A stretch of 64,000 nucleotides of DNA from Gemmatimonadales bacterium (GTDB taxonomy: Bacteria; Gemmatimonadota; Gemmatimonadetes; Gemmatimonadales; GWC2-71-9): positions 1-64,000 of the forward strand of contig JBFJHJ010000010.1 of the NCBI GenBank assembly GCA_041613315.1, read 5' to 3'. The position numbers and the translations under genes are program-made. This document shows, in pieces, positions 21,883 through 31,394 of this stretch (position 1 is the first letter of the stretch; each line of letters starts with the position of its first letter). Below the pieces are notes generated by a model, which had not been told where the DNA came from, ran no database searches, and was given only the letters and a program-made list of their open reading frames with translations.

Positions 21883-22919
21883 TCGACGTCGTCCTCGGCA
21901 TCGAAACCTCGTGTGACGAGACGTCGGCCGCGGTCCTCGTACGCGACCGTCGCGGGCCCGAGCTGGCGAGCCTCGTGATCCTGTCGCAGGATGTACACGC
22001 GGTCTTCGGCGGCGTCGTGCCCGAGCTCGCCAGCCGCGCGCACCTCACCGCGCTGGGTCCCGTCGTCGACCGCGCCCTCGCGGAGGCGGGCGTGCCGTTT
22101 GCTGGGGTGGACGCGATTGCCGTCACCGCGGGTCCGGGGCTCGTGGGTGCGCTGCTCGTGGGCGTGTGCCACGCCAAAGCTCTCGCCGCGGCCGCCGGCA
22201 AGCGACTCATCGGCGTCCACCATCTCGAAGGGCACGTGTTCGCCCCGACGCTGGAGGACCCGGCGCTCGCTCCGCCCTTCGTCGCGCTCATCGTCTCGGG
22301 CGGCCATACGCTGTTGCTCGACGTGCCCGAGTGGGGACGCTACCGCGCACTCGGGGAAACGCGCGACGACGCGGCCGGCGAGGCGTTCGACAAGGTGGCC
22401 AGCATGCTGGAGCTGGGCTACCCTGGTGGACCCGCGATTGAACGCCTCGCGCGGGAGGGGACGCCCCGCTTTGATCTACCGCGCCCGATGCTGGGCCGCG
22501 GGTTCGACTTCTCGTTCAGCGGCCTCAAGACGGCCGTCCTCTACGCCGTGCGGAACTCCTCGAGCCTCGCTCGGGACCGCGCCGACCTCGCGGCGTCGTT
22601 TCAGCAGGCAGTGACCGACGTGCTCGTCGCGAAGACCCAGGCGGCCGTGGAGCAGACCGGCTATCGGACCGTCGTGCTGGGCGGCGGGGTCGCGTGCAAC
22701 CGCCCGCTCGCCGAGCGGATGGCCGCCGCGCTCGCCGGCCAGGCGCACGTCGCCGTCGCACGGCCCCGGCTCAATGCGGACAATGCGGCGATGATCGCGC
22801 GGGCGGGCTGGTTCCACCTCGAACGGGGGGAGACGAGCGACCAGTTCCTCGACGCCGATTCCCGCCTACCATGGCCCGGCCTCGAGCGCGGGCCCGCGCT
22901 CTCCCCATCGTCCGCGTGA
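21879..22919 (+). CDS. tsaD: tRNA t6A synthesis protein TsaD
   Basis: LGIETSCDETSAAV (upstream of the ORF-track start), GGVVPELASRAH, HHLEGH, VSGGHT, DDAAGEAFDK, FSFSGLKTA, DNAAMIA. Start inferred at CTG 21879. Confidence 0.95.
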   Translation: MIDVVLGIETSCDETSAAVLVRDRRGPELASLVILSQDVHAVFGGVVPELASRAHLTALGPVVDRALAEAGVPFAGVDAIAVTAGPGLVGALLVGVCHAKALAAAAGKRLIGVHHLEGHVFAPTLEDPALAPPFVALIVSGGHTLLLDVPEWGRYRALGETRDDAAGEAFDKVASMLELGYPGGPAIERLAREGTPRFDLPRPMLGRGFDFSFSGLKTAVLYAVRNSSSLARDRADLAASFQQAVTDVLVAKTQAAVEQTGYRTVVLGGGVACNRPLAERMAAALAGQAHVAVARPRLNADNAAMIARAGWFHLERGETSDQFLDADSRLPWPGLERGPALSPSSA

Positions 22920-22923
22920 GCGC

Positions 22924-23769
22924 ATGACCGTCTATCCGCTCACCTTCCATCTGGGCCCGCTCGAGATCACGGGCTACGGCCTGATGGTGATGGTCGGCTT
23001 CCTCATGGGTGGCTGGGTCATGCAGCTCGAGCTCGGGCGCCGGGGGCTCCGCGAGGAGTACGCCGCCGACGTCATCGTGGCCGCGGTGGTGGGCGGCATC
23101 GTGGGCGCCAAGATCTACTACGCCCTCCTCTACGGCGACCTCCGCGCACTATTCTCACGGGGCGGCATGGTGTGGTACGGGGGTTTTCTCGGGGGCTTTC
23201 TCGCGGTCGTGGGCATGAGCCTGGTGCGTCGCGTGCCCGTACGGTTCACCATGGAGCTCACGGCACCGGGACTCGCCGTGGGGTACGCGCTGGGACGGGT
23301 GGGGTGTTTCCTCGTCCAGGACGACTACGGCGTGCCCACGAGTCTTCCCTGGGGCATGCGCTTTCCAGAGGGGATGCCGCCGTCCACGGCCGCGTATCTC
23401 AGCTCTCAATTCGGGGTGAGCCACCCCCCCGGCGTGAGCCCCTCCGAAGTGCTGGCGGTGCACCCGACCCAGCTGTATGAGGTGGCCATCATGCTCGCTG
23501 CCTTCGCGCTGATGTGGCGGCTGCGCGCGCACCGGCATGCGGTCGGCTGGCTGTTCGGGCTCTACCTCGTATGCGCCGGGCTCGAGCGGTTTCTGATCGA
23601 GTTCCTCCGCGCCAAGGACGACCGCGTGTTCGGCGCGTTCACCATTGCGCAACTGGCGAGCCTCGCCGTCGCGAGCGTCGGCGCGGCGCTGCTGGCAACC
23701 TGGTGGACGAACACCGGGGCCCTCTCAGTGGATCTCGAACGCCTGCGGCCCCGGCGCGCCCCTCCCTAG
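22924..23769 (+). CDS. lgt: Prolipoprotein diacylglyceryl transferase
   Basis: GGMVWYGG, GRVGCF, HPTQLYE, RFLIEFLR. Confidence 0.94.
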   Translation: MTVYPLTFHLGPLEITGYGLMVMVGFLMGGWVMQLELGRRGLREEYAADVIVAAVVGGIVGAKIYYALLYGDLRALFSRGGMVWYGGFLGGFLAVVGMSLVRRVPVRFTMELTAPGLAVGYALGRVGCFLVQDDYGVPTSLPWGMRFPEGMPPSTAAYLSSQFGVSHPPGVSPSEVLAVHPTQLYEVAIMLAAFALMWRLRAHRHAVGWLFGLYLVCAGLERFLIEFLRAKDDRVFGAFTIAQLASLAVASVGAALLATWWTNTGALSVDLERLRPRRAPP

Positions 23770-23794
23770 CCACCCCGACCGCCGTGCGGCGCCG

Positions 23795-24616
23795 CTACCC
23801 GCCGGCGAGTGCCCGCCGCATCTCGCCGGCGCTCTGCCAGCGATCGTCCCGCTTGGTCGCCAATGCCCGTCCGATCGCCCCCACCAGCTCATCGGGCGCG
23901 TCGGCGCGCAGGGCCCGAAGGTCGGGGACGTTCCCTTCCAGGTGGAGCCGGAGCACGACGTCGTTGCGCGGCGCGGTGAACGGCGGCCGACCCGTGAGAC
24001 ACTCGAACAGCACACAGCCCAACGAGTAGAGGTCGCTCCGGTGGTCGATGTCGGGTGAACCTTCCGCCTGCTCCGGGCTCATGTAGGCCGACGTCCCCAC
24101 CGCGAACCCCGAGCGGGTCAGCCGGTCGGTTCCCGCCTGCGCGATCGCCCGGGCAATGCCGAAATCCAACAGCACCGCCCCTTTCGGAGAGAGGACGACG
24201 TTCTCCGGCTTCACGTCTCGATGCACAATCCCTTTCCCGTGCGCGAAGCTGAGCACCTCCAGAAGGTCATCGGCAATCCGTGCCGTGTCGCTGAGCGACA
24301 CCCAGCGCACTCGCGCGACGTGCTCGCGGAGACTCGGCCCCTCGACGAACGGCATGACGTACCAGACTAACCACTCACTCTCTCCCCAATCGACCAGCTT
24401 CGGGATCCGCGGATGACTGATCTGGGCGAGGAAAGCGACTTCGCGCAGGAAGCGCTCTGACGTCACCGAAACGATGAGCTCGGGGTGGAGGACCTTCAGG
24501 GCTACCGGCTTACCGTCGGTGCCGTACGCGAGAAACACGCGCGCGGCTCCGCCGCGGGCAACCTCGCGATCGACCGTATAGCGCCCGGCCAGCGCCCGAC
24601 GGACCAGCGGGAGCAC
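23795..24616 (-). CDS. Hanks-type Ser/Thr protein kinase (kinase domain only)
   Basis: ARGGAARV loop, VALK, HRDVKPEN, DFG, GTSAYMSPE, DLYSLG. Start is GTG 24616 or ATT 24628. Confidence 0.92.
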   Translation of the reverse strand: MLPLVRRALAGRYTVDREVARGGAARVFLAYGTDGKPVALKVLHPELIVSVTSERFLREVAFLAQISHPRIPKLVDWGESEWLVWYVMPFVEGPSLREHVARVRWVSLSDTARIADDLLEVLSFAHGKGIVHRDVKPENVVLSPKGAVLLDFGIARAIAQAGTDRLTRSGFAVGTSAYMSPEQAEGSPDIDHRSDLYSLGCVLFECLTGRPPFTAPRNDVVLRLHLEGNVPDLRALRADAPDELVGAIGRALATKRDDRWQSAGEMRRALAGG

Positions 24617-24827
24617 CTCTCGGCTAATGGCGACGCGCCTTGTTGGTCTGCGTGAACTTGGGGGGCTGGCGACGGCGCGGCAAGGCGACGCCCCGCCGCC
24701 GGACGTGTCCAAGCTGCGCTCTGCCAACGAGTTGACACCCGTGCGCCAGGAGATGTTCCCCAATTGGCCGCCGAGTCGTAGCCTAGGCCCCAGGCAGGAC
24801 CAGGCGGGTTTCCTGCGATGCGCAACG

Positions 24828-25016
24828 ATGCTCGCGGTGGTGGGCTCGGTCCTTACCCTCCTCGCGTGCACCCGGTATTCGGGAATGACGGATCCGGTCT
24901 TGGCGTCGCCGAACGATCGCCGGACGGACATCCCGGTCGCGGTGCAGCCGCCGGCTGATGACGGAGGCGATGGTGGCGCCGGCGGACTCGGCGATTCCGA
25001 GGGCCGCCGCAGGTGA
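24828..25016 (+). CDS. Putative small lipoprotein/peptide (62 aa; alternative start 24753)
   Basis: Hydrophobic MLAVVGSVLTLLAC (lipobox-like LLAC), then a polar Gly/Asp tail ending GGAGGLGDSEGRRR; fills the gap between kinase and regulator. Confidence 0.45.
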   Translation: MLAVVGSVLTLLACTRYSGMTDPVLASPNDRRTDIPVAVQPPADDGGDGGAGGLGDSEGRRR

Positions 25017-25134
25017 CGAGAAAACGCGAACGGAAGCCGGAGGCACTCACCTTTCCTCGCTCCACGAGGACGCCCCGGCCGGGGGCGCGGGGCCGGAGGG
25101 ACCCCCGCCCCCACCGTTCGTCACCCGTGCCGAC

Positions 25135-27279
25135 TCAGACCAGCCGGGCCTGGAGTGCGGCGATCTGCGTTCGGAGCGCCTGATCGCCGTCCCCGGCGGC
25201 CCGCACCGCGGCGAAGAGCGCCCGACGCGCCGTCCGGATCGAACCGGCGTCCAACGCATATTCCGCCACGCTCACGGCCTCCCGGCATGCCGCCGGTCCG
25301 GGATCGACCTTCGCCAATAGCTCCGCCCGCAACACCCGCGACTCCAGATCGTCGCGGCCCGCCAGCACCTCGGCGGCACGACGCCGGAGCCGTTGGCGCT
25401 GGCCGGGCGGCATGCACTCCTGACGCACAACTTGGGCAATCAGCGCGGCCGTGAATGCATAGCGCGTCCCGTCGTAGGTCACGAAGCGGCGCTGCTCGAG
25501 TCGGTCGAGGTGCGCCTCGACCTGTTCGACCGGCAGTTCGGTCAGGGCGGCGATCAACCCAAGATCCAGCGCCGTCCCGCCGGTGCTGGCGGCCCGCAGG
25601 ACCCGCAGCTCGGGCTCGTCCAGCTCCCCGACGCGCGCGACGATGGCGAGCCGGGCCAGCTCCGGCACCGAAAACGGAAGCGGGCTCTCCAGCGTGGCCG
25701 CGCGGCTCGGCCACGTGAGCAGGTCGTCCTTGAGCGTCGAGGTCCGATCGAGGCCGCGCAGCAGGGTCACGGCGAGGAACGGATTGCCGCCGGTCTCATG
25801 GTTCAGCCGCCGGGCGAGCCGGTCCCGATCGTCCGGCCGCCGACACCAGTTGGCGTACCGATCTACCAGCTCGCGAAGCTCCTCGAGGGAGAACGGGTGG
25901 AGCTGCACGCCGCCCCCGGGGAGACCCCGACCCACCTCGCGCCGGAGATCCAGCAGTTCCCGTGGCTGGTTCTCCGCGGTCGGATCGATGGCCAGCAGGA
26001 GGACCACGCGCGCGGATCGGAGACGGCGAATCGCGGCACCGATGGCCCCGATGGTGGCTCCGTCCGCGTAGTGCGCCTCGTCGAGCACGACCCCCACCGG
26101 CTGCTCATCCGCGATCGCCGCCAGGAGCGACTCGAGCGCGGCCGCCACCTCGGTGTGATCACGGGGCTCGCGCGGCGTCACGCGCTCCGCCAGCACGGGA
26201 TCCAGGGCGGCGAGTACGCCGAGCGCCTGCGGATCGGCAGCCTGCGCGCCGGGTGCCGACGCGAGTCCCGACCGCGCCAGGAGCCGGAGCGTGCTCCAGG
26301 GGGCGTCGTGATCGCTCGCGAGGGGACGCGCCACCGCCAGCACCGCGCCGGCCAGCGCCAACCGCTCCGCGCACTCGTCGAGCAAGCGGGTCTTGCCCAT
26401 GCCGGGCTCGCCGGTCACCGCAATGCACTGCGCCCCACTCGTCAGCCCGCTCTCCACGAGCGCGAACGCCGCGCTGTGCGCCCGCGGCCGGCCCATCAGG
26501 GGCGGCTCGCGCTCGACGTCTTCGGGCGCCGTTCGCTGCCACCGCCCGGTGCGCACGCGTTCTGCCAGCGCCCGCAGCTCACGGCCGGGCTGTTCGCCGA
26601 TTTCCGCGTCAAGCCGTTGGGTGAACGCGTGGAATGCCGCGAGTGCACCGGCGGCGTCGCCCATGAGCGCTCCGGCTCGCATCAGCAGATGCGTCGCCGG
26701 CTCCCACACGGGGCTCAGGTCCAGCGCGCGCCGCGCCAGCTCCGCGGCGTCTGTGCAGCGGCTCTCCGCCAGCGCCGCTTCGCCCTCGCGGAGGAGCAGC
26801 GCGACCGCCGCGCCCCGGTAGCGCGCCCGCTGGGCGGCCGCCCAGTCCTCGAACTCGGGCGCGTCGGCGACGGTGAAGCCCTCGAGGAACGCCCCCCGCA
26901 GGACCGCCAGGGCGGCGGCGGGGTCCTTCTCGCGGACCGCGTCGAAATGCAGCGCATCCACGTCGAGACCCTCGCCGTTCAGCCGCAGGCTGTCTCCCTC
27001 GGAGATTAGGCGGTCGGCACCCAGGCTCGCCCGCAGCCGGCGGATGGCTTCGTTGAGCGAGTGTCGCGCCTTGGTCTCCTGCTTTTCCGGCCAGAGCAGC
27101 CCCAGCAGGTGGTCACGTGATCGGGCGCGGCTGGGGGACAGGGCGAGATGGAAGAGCAGCGCGAGGTGCTTGCGCCACAGGACGTCCGCTGGCGGCTCGC
27201 CGCCCGCCACGCGCACGGTAGGGGGCCCGAAGCAACACAGCTCGAGGGCCGGCATCGCGCCGGCGGCGATACCGCTCAT
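25135..27279 (-). CDS. SARP/AfsR-like regulator: winged HTH + BTAD + AAA (STAND-like) ATPase
   Basis: FGPP, ALLFHLAL, SRDHLLGLLWP, SLNEAIRRLR, RGAFLEG, FEDW; GEPGMGKT Walker A, VLDEAHYAD Walker B, TGGNPF. Confidence 0.88.
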   Translation of the reverse strand: MSGIAAGAMPALELCCFGPPTVRVAGGEPPADVLWRKHLALLFHLALSPSRARSRDHLLGLLWPEKQETKARHSLNEAIRRLRASLGADRLISEGDSLRLNGEGLDVDALHFDAVREKDPAAALAVLRGAFLEGFTVADAPEFEDWAAAQRARYRGAAVALLLREGEAALAESRCTDAAELARRALDLSPVWEPATHLLMRAGALMGDAAGALAAFHAFTQRLDAEIGEQPGRELRALAERVRTGRWQRTAPEDVEREPPLMGRPRAHSAAFALVESGLTSGAQCIAVTGEPGMGKTRLLDECAERLALAGAVLAVARPLASDHDAPWSTLRLLARSGLASAPGAQAADPQALGVLAALDPVLAERVTPREPRDHTEVAAALESLLAAIADEQPVGVVLDEAHYADGATIGAIGAAIRRLRSARVVLLLAIDPTAENQPRELLDLRREVGRGLPGGGVQLHPFSLEELRELVDRYANWCRRPDDRDRLARRLNHETGGNPFLAVTLLRGLDRTSTLKDDLLTWPSRAATLESPLPFSVPELARLAIVARVGELDEPELRVLRAASTGGTALDLGLIAALTELPVEQVEAHLDRLEQRRFVTYDGTRYAFTAALIAQVVRQECMPPGQRQRLRRRAAEVLAGRDDLESRVLRAELLAKVDPGPAACREAVSVAEYALDAGSIRTARRALFAAVRAAGDGDQALRTQIAALQARLV

Positions 27280-27326
27280 GAGAACCGCTCAGTTGGCGGG
27301 CGGCGCCCCACGCCCAGGAATCGATG

Positions 27327-27339
27327 TTGCATGATGCAA
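27327..27339. promoter_or_regulatory. Palindrome TTGCAT-G-ATGCAA, candidate operator
   Basis: Perfect 6-1-6 inverted repeat between a CATAAT -10 (minus strand, 27363-27368) and the regulator start. Confidence 0.35.
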
Positions 27340-27432
27340 GGTGTGAGAGGGAGCAGTGAGCTATTATGGGGCGAATCGCCGCGCGAGGCCAGCGGACGTC
27401 CTCGCCCGAGGCGGCCGGGAGGGCCAGGGCGC

Positions 27433-29448
27433 CTACCCCGAGGCGGTCCGCCGCGCGACGCGCGGCTGCCACCAGAACAGCCACACGATCGCCATCAGAC
27501 ACGCCGCCGCCAGCACGAGTTGGACCGCGAGTGTCTGCATCGTGGGGAAGATGCCGAGCATGGGGACGTCGGGCAGCCACGAGAGCGGCGTGGTCGAGAT
27601 GAGCCCCGCTTCCTGAAGCTCCGCGACGCCCTGACCCGCGAAGCTGAACGCCATTACGTAGAGGAGCGTGCTGGTCACGGTAAAGAAGGGTCGCAACGGA
27701 AGCCGTACGCCGTACCGCGAGATCCCCAGGTAGATCGCCACGAGCATAGCGGCCCCCAGGACGATCCCGGCCACCACCCCGGTCGTGGCCCCAGCCGCAC
27801 CGCCGGCGGTGCTGAAGAGCGCCCCGTAGAACAACACCGTTTCGAAGCCCTCGCGATACACGGCGAGGAACGCCACGGCGGCGAGCGCCAGGCTCCGGCG
27901 GGTCGCCAACGCTCGCTGCATCTGGCCGCGCACGAAATCCTGCCACTTGCGTGCTTCGATCTTCGAGATCAACCAATACGAGACCCAGAACAGCACGAAC
28001 GCGGCCGCCAGCATCGTGAGCCCCTCGAGCAGCTCCTGGTGCGCCGCGGCGCGCCGGAAGAGCGTGGCCAACGCGGCCGCGGTGACGCCGCTCGCGGCGA
28101 GCGCGGCGAGGACGCCAACCCCGATGTCGCGCTTGCGCTCCGAGACGCCCGCCTTCGTCAGGAAGGCGACGAGCGCCCCGATGATCAGGATCGCTTCGAC
28201 CCCCTCGCGGACCATGATCACCAACGATTGTCCGAAGAGCGACGCGGGCGACCGGCCGGCGGCGAGGCTGGCAGCGGCGGCGTCCAGCGCCGCCGCGACC
28301 TCCCCGCGCGTCTGGCCCACCTGCGCGGGGTCCCCCGTCGCGACGGCCATCCGGAAGTCGGCGAACGCGCGCTCCACGCGAGCGGCAGCCCGAGGATCGC
28401 GCGCCCGCGTGGTGCGCTCGATCCCCTCGAACACGAGGTAGGCATCGAGCGCGCGTCGCGCCGCAGCCTCCCCGTCGCCGCTCGCCGCCATCCGTACGGC
28501 CTCGTCGGCCAGCATCTCGCTCCGGGCTACGGTTCGAGCGCCCTCGAGCGACCGGTCCGCACCCAGTTCTTCCACCGCCCCCGCCGCGCGGGCGTACGCC
28601 ACGAGATCGCTGCGGTCGGCGGGCGCGATGGCCGGCGCCGCCGTGGCCGCCAACAGCGAGTCGAGTTGCGTGTCGCTCAACGCGGCGGTCGCGTCGAAGC
28701 CACTGACCAGAACGACGCACCCGGCGCACCGCACGCGCAACCGTTCCCGGCCGCGGTCGCGCGCCTCCGCGGAGTGGCGGAGCGTCGCGGCGTACAGCGC
28801 CAGCGCCCAACGCTCGTCGAGCGACAACTGGTCGCCGAACGCCGGCATCGCGGTACCGGCCACGCCGACGTTGATCTTGCGGAAGAACTCGAGCGGGCTG
28901 GTCGCGCGGAGTGTCGAGTCGGTGAGATCCGGCGGGGGCGGCTCCAGTCTCGCCGCCAGCGGCCCGTCGCCGCGGCCACCGTCGCCATGGCATTGGGCGC
29001 AGGCGCGAGCGTAGAGCTCGGCGCCGCGCGCCAGCGACGGCGCAGTCCGTGGCAGCGGATCGAGCGGGGCGCCGACGGCGCGGCCCAGCACCTCGCGAAG
29101 CTCGCCCAAGGCGGTCTCGACCGCGACGAGCGGCGCGAGCTCGGCGACCTGCGCAATCATCCGGTCGAGGAGCGGAAGCACGCTCCCGCGCGCGGTCGGC
29201 CCGAGCCCATCGGCACTCCGCCGCGCTTCGGCCAGGAAGAGTCGTGCTTCCTCCAACTCAGCGGGTTGCACGACCCGGCCGTGCTGGACCCCGGCCCCAT
29301 ACTCGGCGACCGCGATGGCCGTGACGTCGGCGATCCGGCGCGCCGTCGCCACGTCATCGTGCTGGCCCCACAGGGCGACCGGTGTGGCCAACGCGAGCGC
29401 CAGCAGCGCAGCAAGGACGAGCCGAGGTCCGGCAGGGTTGATAATCAT
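27433..29448 (-). CDS. Cytochrome c-fused FTR1 family iron permease (PbrT-like architecture)
   Basis: Signal peptide, CAQCH heme motif, GVAGTAMP, and REGVE/REGFE motifs in the TM domain. ATG 29448 (TTG 29454 possible). Confidence 0.92.
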   Translation of the reverse strand: MIINPAGPRLVLAALLALALATPVALWGQHDDVATARRIADVTAIAVAEYGAGVQHGRVVQPAELEEARLFLAEARRSADGLGPTARGSVLPLLDRMIAQVAELAPLVAVETALGELREVLGRAVGAPLDPLPRTAPSLARGAELYARACAQCHGDGGRGDGPLAARLEPPPPDLTDSTLRATSPLEFFRKINVGVAGTAMPAFGDQLSLDERWALALYAATLRHSAEARDRGRERLRVRCAGCVVLVSGFDATAALSDTQLDSLLAATAAPAIAPADRSDLVAYARAAGAVEELGADRSLEGARTVARSEMLADEAVRMAASGDGEAAARRALDAYLVFEGIERTTRARDPRAAARVERAFADFRMAVATGDPAQVGQTRGEVAAALDAAAASLAAGRSPASLFGQSLVIMVREGVEAILIIGALVAFLTKAGVSERKRDIGVGVLAALAASGVTAAALATLFRRAAAHQELLEGLTMLAAAFVLFWVSYWLISKIEARKWQDFVRGQMQRALATRRSLALAAVAFLAVYREGFETVLFYGALFSTAGGAAGATTGVVAGIVLGAAMLVAIYLGISRYGVRLPLRPFFTVTSTLLYVMAFSFAGQGVAELQEAGLISTTPLSWLPDVPMLGIFPTMQTLAVQLVLAAACLMAIVWLFWWQPRVARRTASG

Positions 29449-29454
29449 TCTCAA
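29438..29454. promoter_or_regulatory. Fur box
   Basis: TTGATAATCATTCTCAA: 14/15 match to TGATAATnATTATCA, at the start of an iron permease gene. Confidence 0.85.
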
Positions 29455-29472
29455 GTGGTTTTGTGCGCGCGG

Positions 29473-29502
29473 AATCTACGCCGAAAGCGGAACGGGACGC
29501 AA
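29473..29502 (-). promoter_or_regulatory. Putative promoter of the FTR1 gene
   Basis: Minus strand TTGCGT-18 bp-TAGATT. Confidence 0.5.
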
Positions 29503-29504
29503 CG

Positions 29505-29921
29505 TCACCTGGCGTGATGCGTGGGGTGACTCGATGACGAGCGGAACAAGACCACCACGGCGGCCGCCTGGCTCGCCGTGTGGGTCAGGGAGACGAGGAA
29601 GCTGGTGACCCCAAGGCGGGACGCGGTGGTCCGTGCGCGCCCGTGCAGCACGAGGGTCGGGCGTCCGTCCGCCTGGCGCACGACCTCCACGTCGCGCCAG
29701 CCGATGACCCCCATGTCCGTGCCGTCGGCCAAGGCCTTGTAGGCGGCCTCCTTCGCCGCGAGCCGCACCGCCACGTGGCGCGCCGGGACGGCCTGCGCAT
29801 GGCAGTAGTCGCGCTCCTGAGCGGTGAGTAATCGGTGCCACGCGCGCTCGCCCTTGCGTTCCAGCAACCGCACGACCCGCCGCACCTCCACCAAATCGAT
29901 ACCGATCGCGACGGGCGTCAC
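29505..29921 (-). CDS. acpS: Holo-ACP synthase
   Basis: IGIDLVE, RLAAKEAAYKAL, GRP, VSLTH. Confidence 0.93.
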   Translation of the reverse strand: MTPVAIGIDLVEVRRVVRLLERKGERAWHRLLTAQERDYCHAQAVPARHVAVRLAAKEAAYKALADGTDMGVIGWRDVEVVRQADGRPTLVLHGRARTTASRLGVTSFLVSLTHTASQAAAVVVLFRSSSSHPTHHAR

Positions 29922-30661
29922 GGGCCGAACGCCGCCTGCCACCAGTCAGCGAGCCACGGCGGGGGCGCGAGGTAGCCACCCATCACCAGCCCGAGCGATG
30001 CGGCGCCGGCGAGCAGGAGCACCCCCACCACGACCACGGGCCACAACGGCTTGCGCCACGCGGCGACCTGGTCGGCGACCCGCTCCCAATACGCCGCCTC
30101 TCGGGCGACCGCCTCCTCCAGCGCGAGCCACGACGCCTCGAGTCGCTGAGCGGCGACCTTGAGCGCGTCCTGCCAGTCCTCCAGCGCGGCTCGGTCGAAG
30201 CCCGTGGCAGCGCGCGCCGGGCCGGTCGCTCGCTCCAACGCGTCCAGCGCGGAGACGAGCGGCGCGCCGGCAGCGCCCAACCGACCGGTGAGCGCGCGGC
30301 GCTCCGCCGCATCGAGGGCGAGGCGGCGACGGCGACGGCGGGGCACGCGCACCGCGCGCGCCTCGGCCTCGATCCGGCGGTCCACGCGCAGCGCCAGCCG
30401 TTCGGCGATCGTGGTCACCGCCTCGTCCCACGCCACGAGCCAGGCGACGCGGCCCACGGCTGCGAGAGCGGCGTCCCGTTCATCCCGTGCCGCCAGCCGG
30501 CGCGCCGCGCCCGCGCTCTCGAAGACCCGGGTCACCAGGCCGAGACGTACCGCCTCCAGTGAGAGGCCACCCGGCGCGCGACCGGTGCCGGCGACCAGCT
30601 TGCCGAGGTAGGGACCCATCTCGGGAATGCGGACTGGGAGCAGGACGGTCGGACTGCTCAT
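29918..30661 (-). CDS. Hypothetical helical protein with C-terminal TM anchor
   Basis: Overlaps both neighbours by 4 nt; hydrophobic LWPVVVVGVLLLAGAASLGLVMG near the C-terminus. Confidence 0.75.
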   Translation of the reverse strand: MSSPTVLLPVRIPEMGPYLGKLVAGTGRAPGGLSLEAVRLGLVTRVFESAGAARRLAARDERDAALAAVGRVAWLVAWDEAVTTIAERLALRVDRRIEAEARAVRVPRRRRRRLALDAAERRALTGRLGAAGAPLVSALDALERATGPARAATGFDRAALEDWQDALKVAAQRLEASWLALEEAVAREAAYWERVADQVAAWRKPLWPVVVVGVLLLAGAASLGLVMGGYLAPPPWLADWWQAAFGP

Positions 30662-31353
30662 GCCACCAGCACGGCGAGCGCAGCCGCCCAATCGGCGAAG
30701 CTCTCGAACGCCGTGGCCGCGCCGGCCGCCTCGAGCTCCGTCACGGAGAACGCCCCGGTCGCCACGCCGATGGCTCGGGCGCCCACCTCGCGTCCGCACG
30801 TCATGTCGGCGGGCGTGTCGCCGACGATCACGATCTCCCGGCCAGTGGGCGTGCGTCCCATCAGCGGCGCGGCGCGCTCGGCCGCGATCGCCGGCAGCCG
30901 CGACCGCTCCGCCGCGTCCGAGCCGTAGGCACCGACCCGAAACCGGTCCGGATCGATGCCCGCCGCTCGGAGCTTGAGGCGCGCTCCCTCGATGATGTTG
31001 CCGGTCAGGAGTCCGACGAGGGCATCCTCCCGGGCCTCCAACGCATCGAGGAGCGCGAGCACGCCCGGGAAGATCTCCATGCGCCGCGTCCCCCGGCGGA
31101 GCTCCGCCTCGAGCAGCGCGGCGTACCGGCGACAGACTGTTTCCACGTGGTCATGGCTGGATGCGGCGGGGTGCCGCTCCAGCCTCAGCAGTTCTTGAAT
31201 GATCTGCGGATCGGTCTTGCCGTCGAAGCGGAACCCGTCGATCGGCCCCGCGGTGCCCAATTCGGCCACGAGCGCTGCACGGATTGCGACCCGCCCGGCG
31301 CCGTCGGACCAGAGCAGCGTCCCGTCGATATCGAAAAGAATGAGCCGGCGCAT
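30658..31353 (-). CDS. HAD-family hydrolase (phosphoglycolate phosphatase-like)
   Basis: LFDIDGTL, GKTD, LLTGN, VGDTPAD. Confidence 0.92.
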   Translation of the reverse strand: MRRLILFDIDGTLLWSDGAGRVAIRAALVAELGTAGPIDGFRFDGKTDPQIIQELLRLERHPAASSHDHVETVCRRYAALLEAELRRGTRRMEIFPGVLALLDALEAREDALVGLLTGNIIEGARLKLRAAGIDPDRFRVGAYGSDAAERSRLPAIAAERAAPLMGRTPTGREIVIVGDTPADMTCGREVGARAIGVATGAFSVTELEAAGAATAFESFADWAAALAVLVA

Positions 31354-31394
31354 GGTCGAAACATACTCACGGGAGTCGGGGCGGGAGTGGCGGC

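Noticed and set aside
27148..29517. Long alternative ORFs (789 aa here; also 59941-62217, 12193-14079, 36704-38542, 3208-5037)
   Set aside because: Antisense shadows of well-supported genes, expected in high-GC DNA; Arg/Pro/Ala-rich with no motifs.
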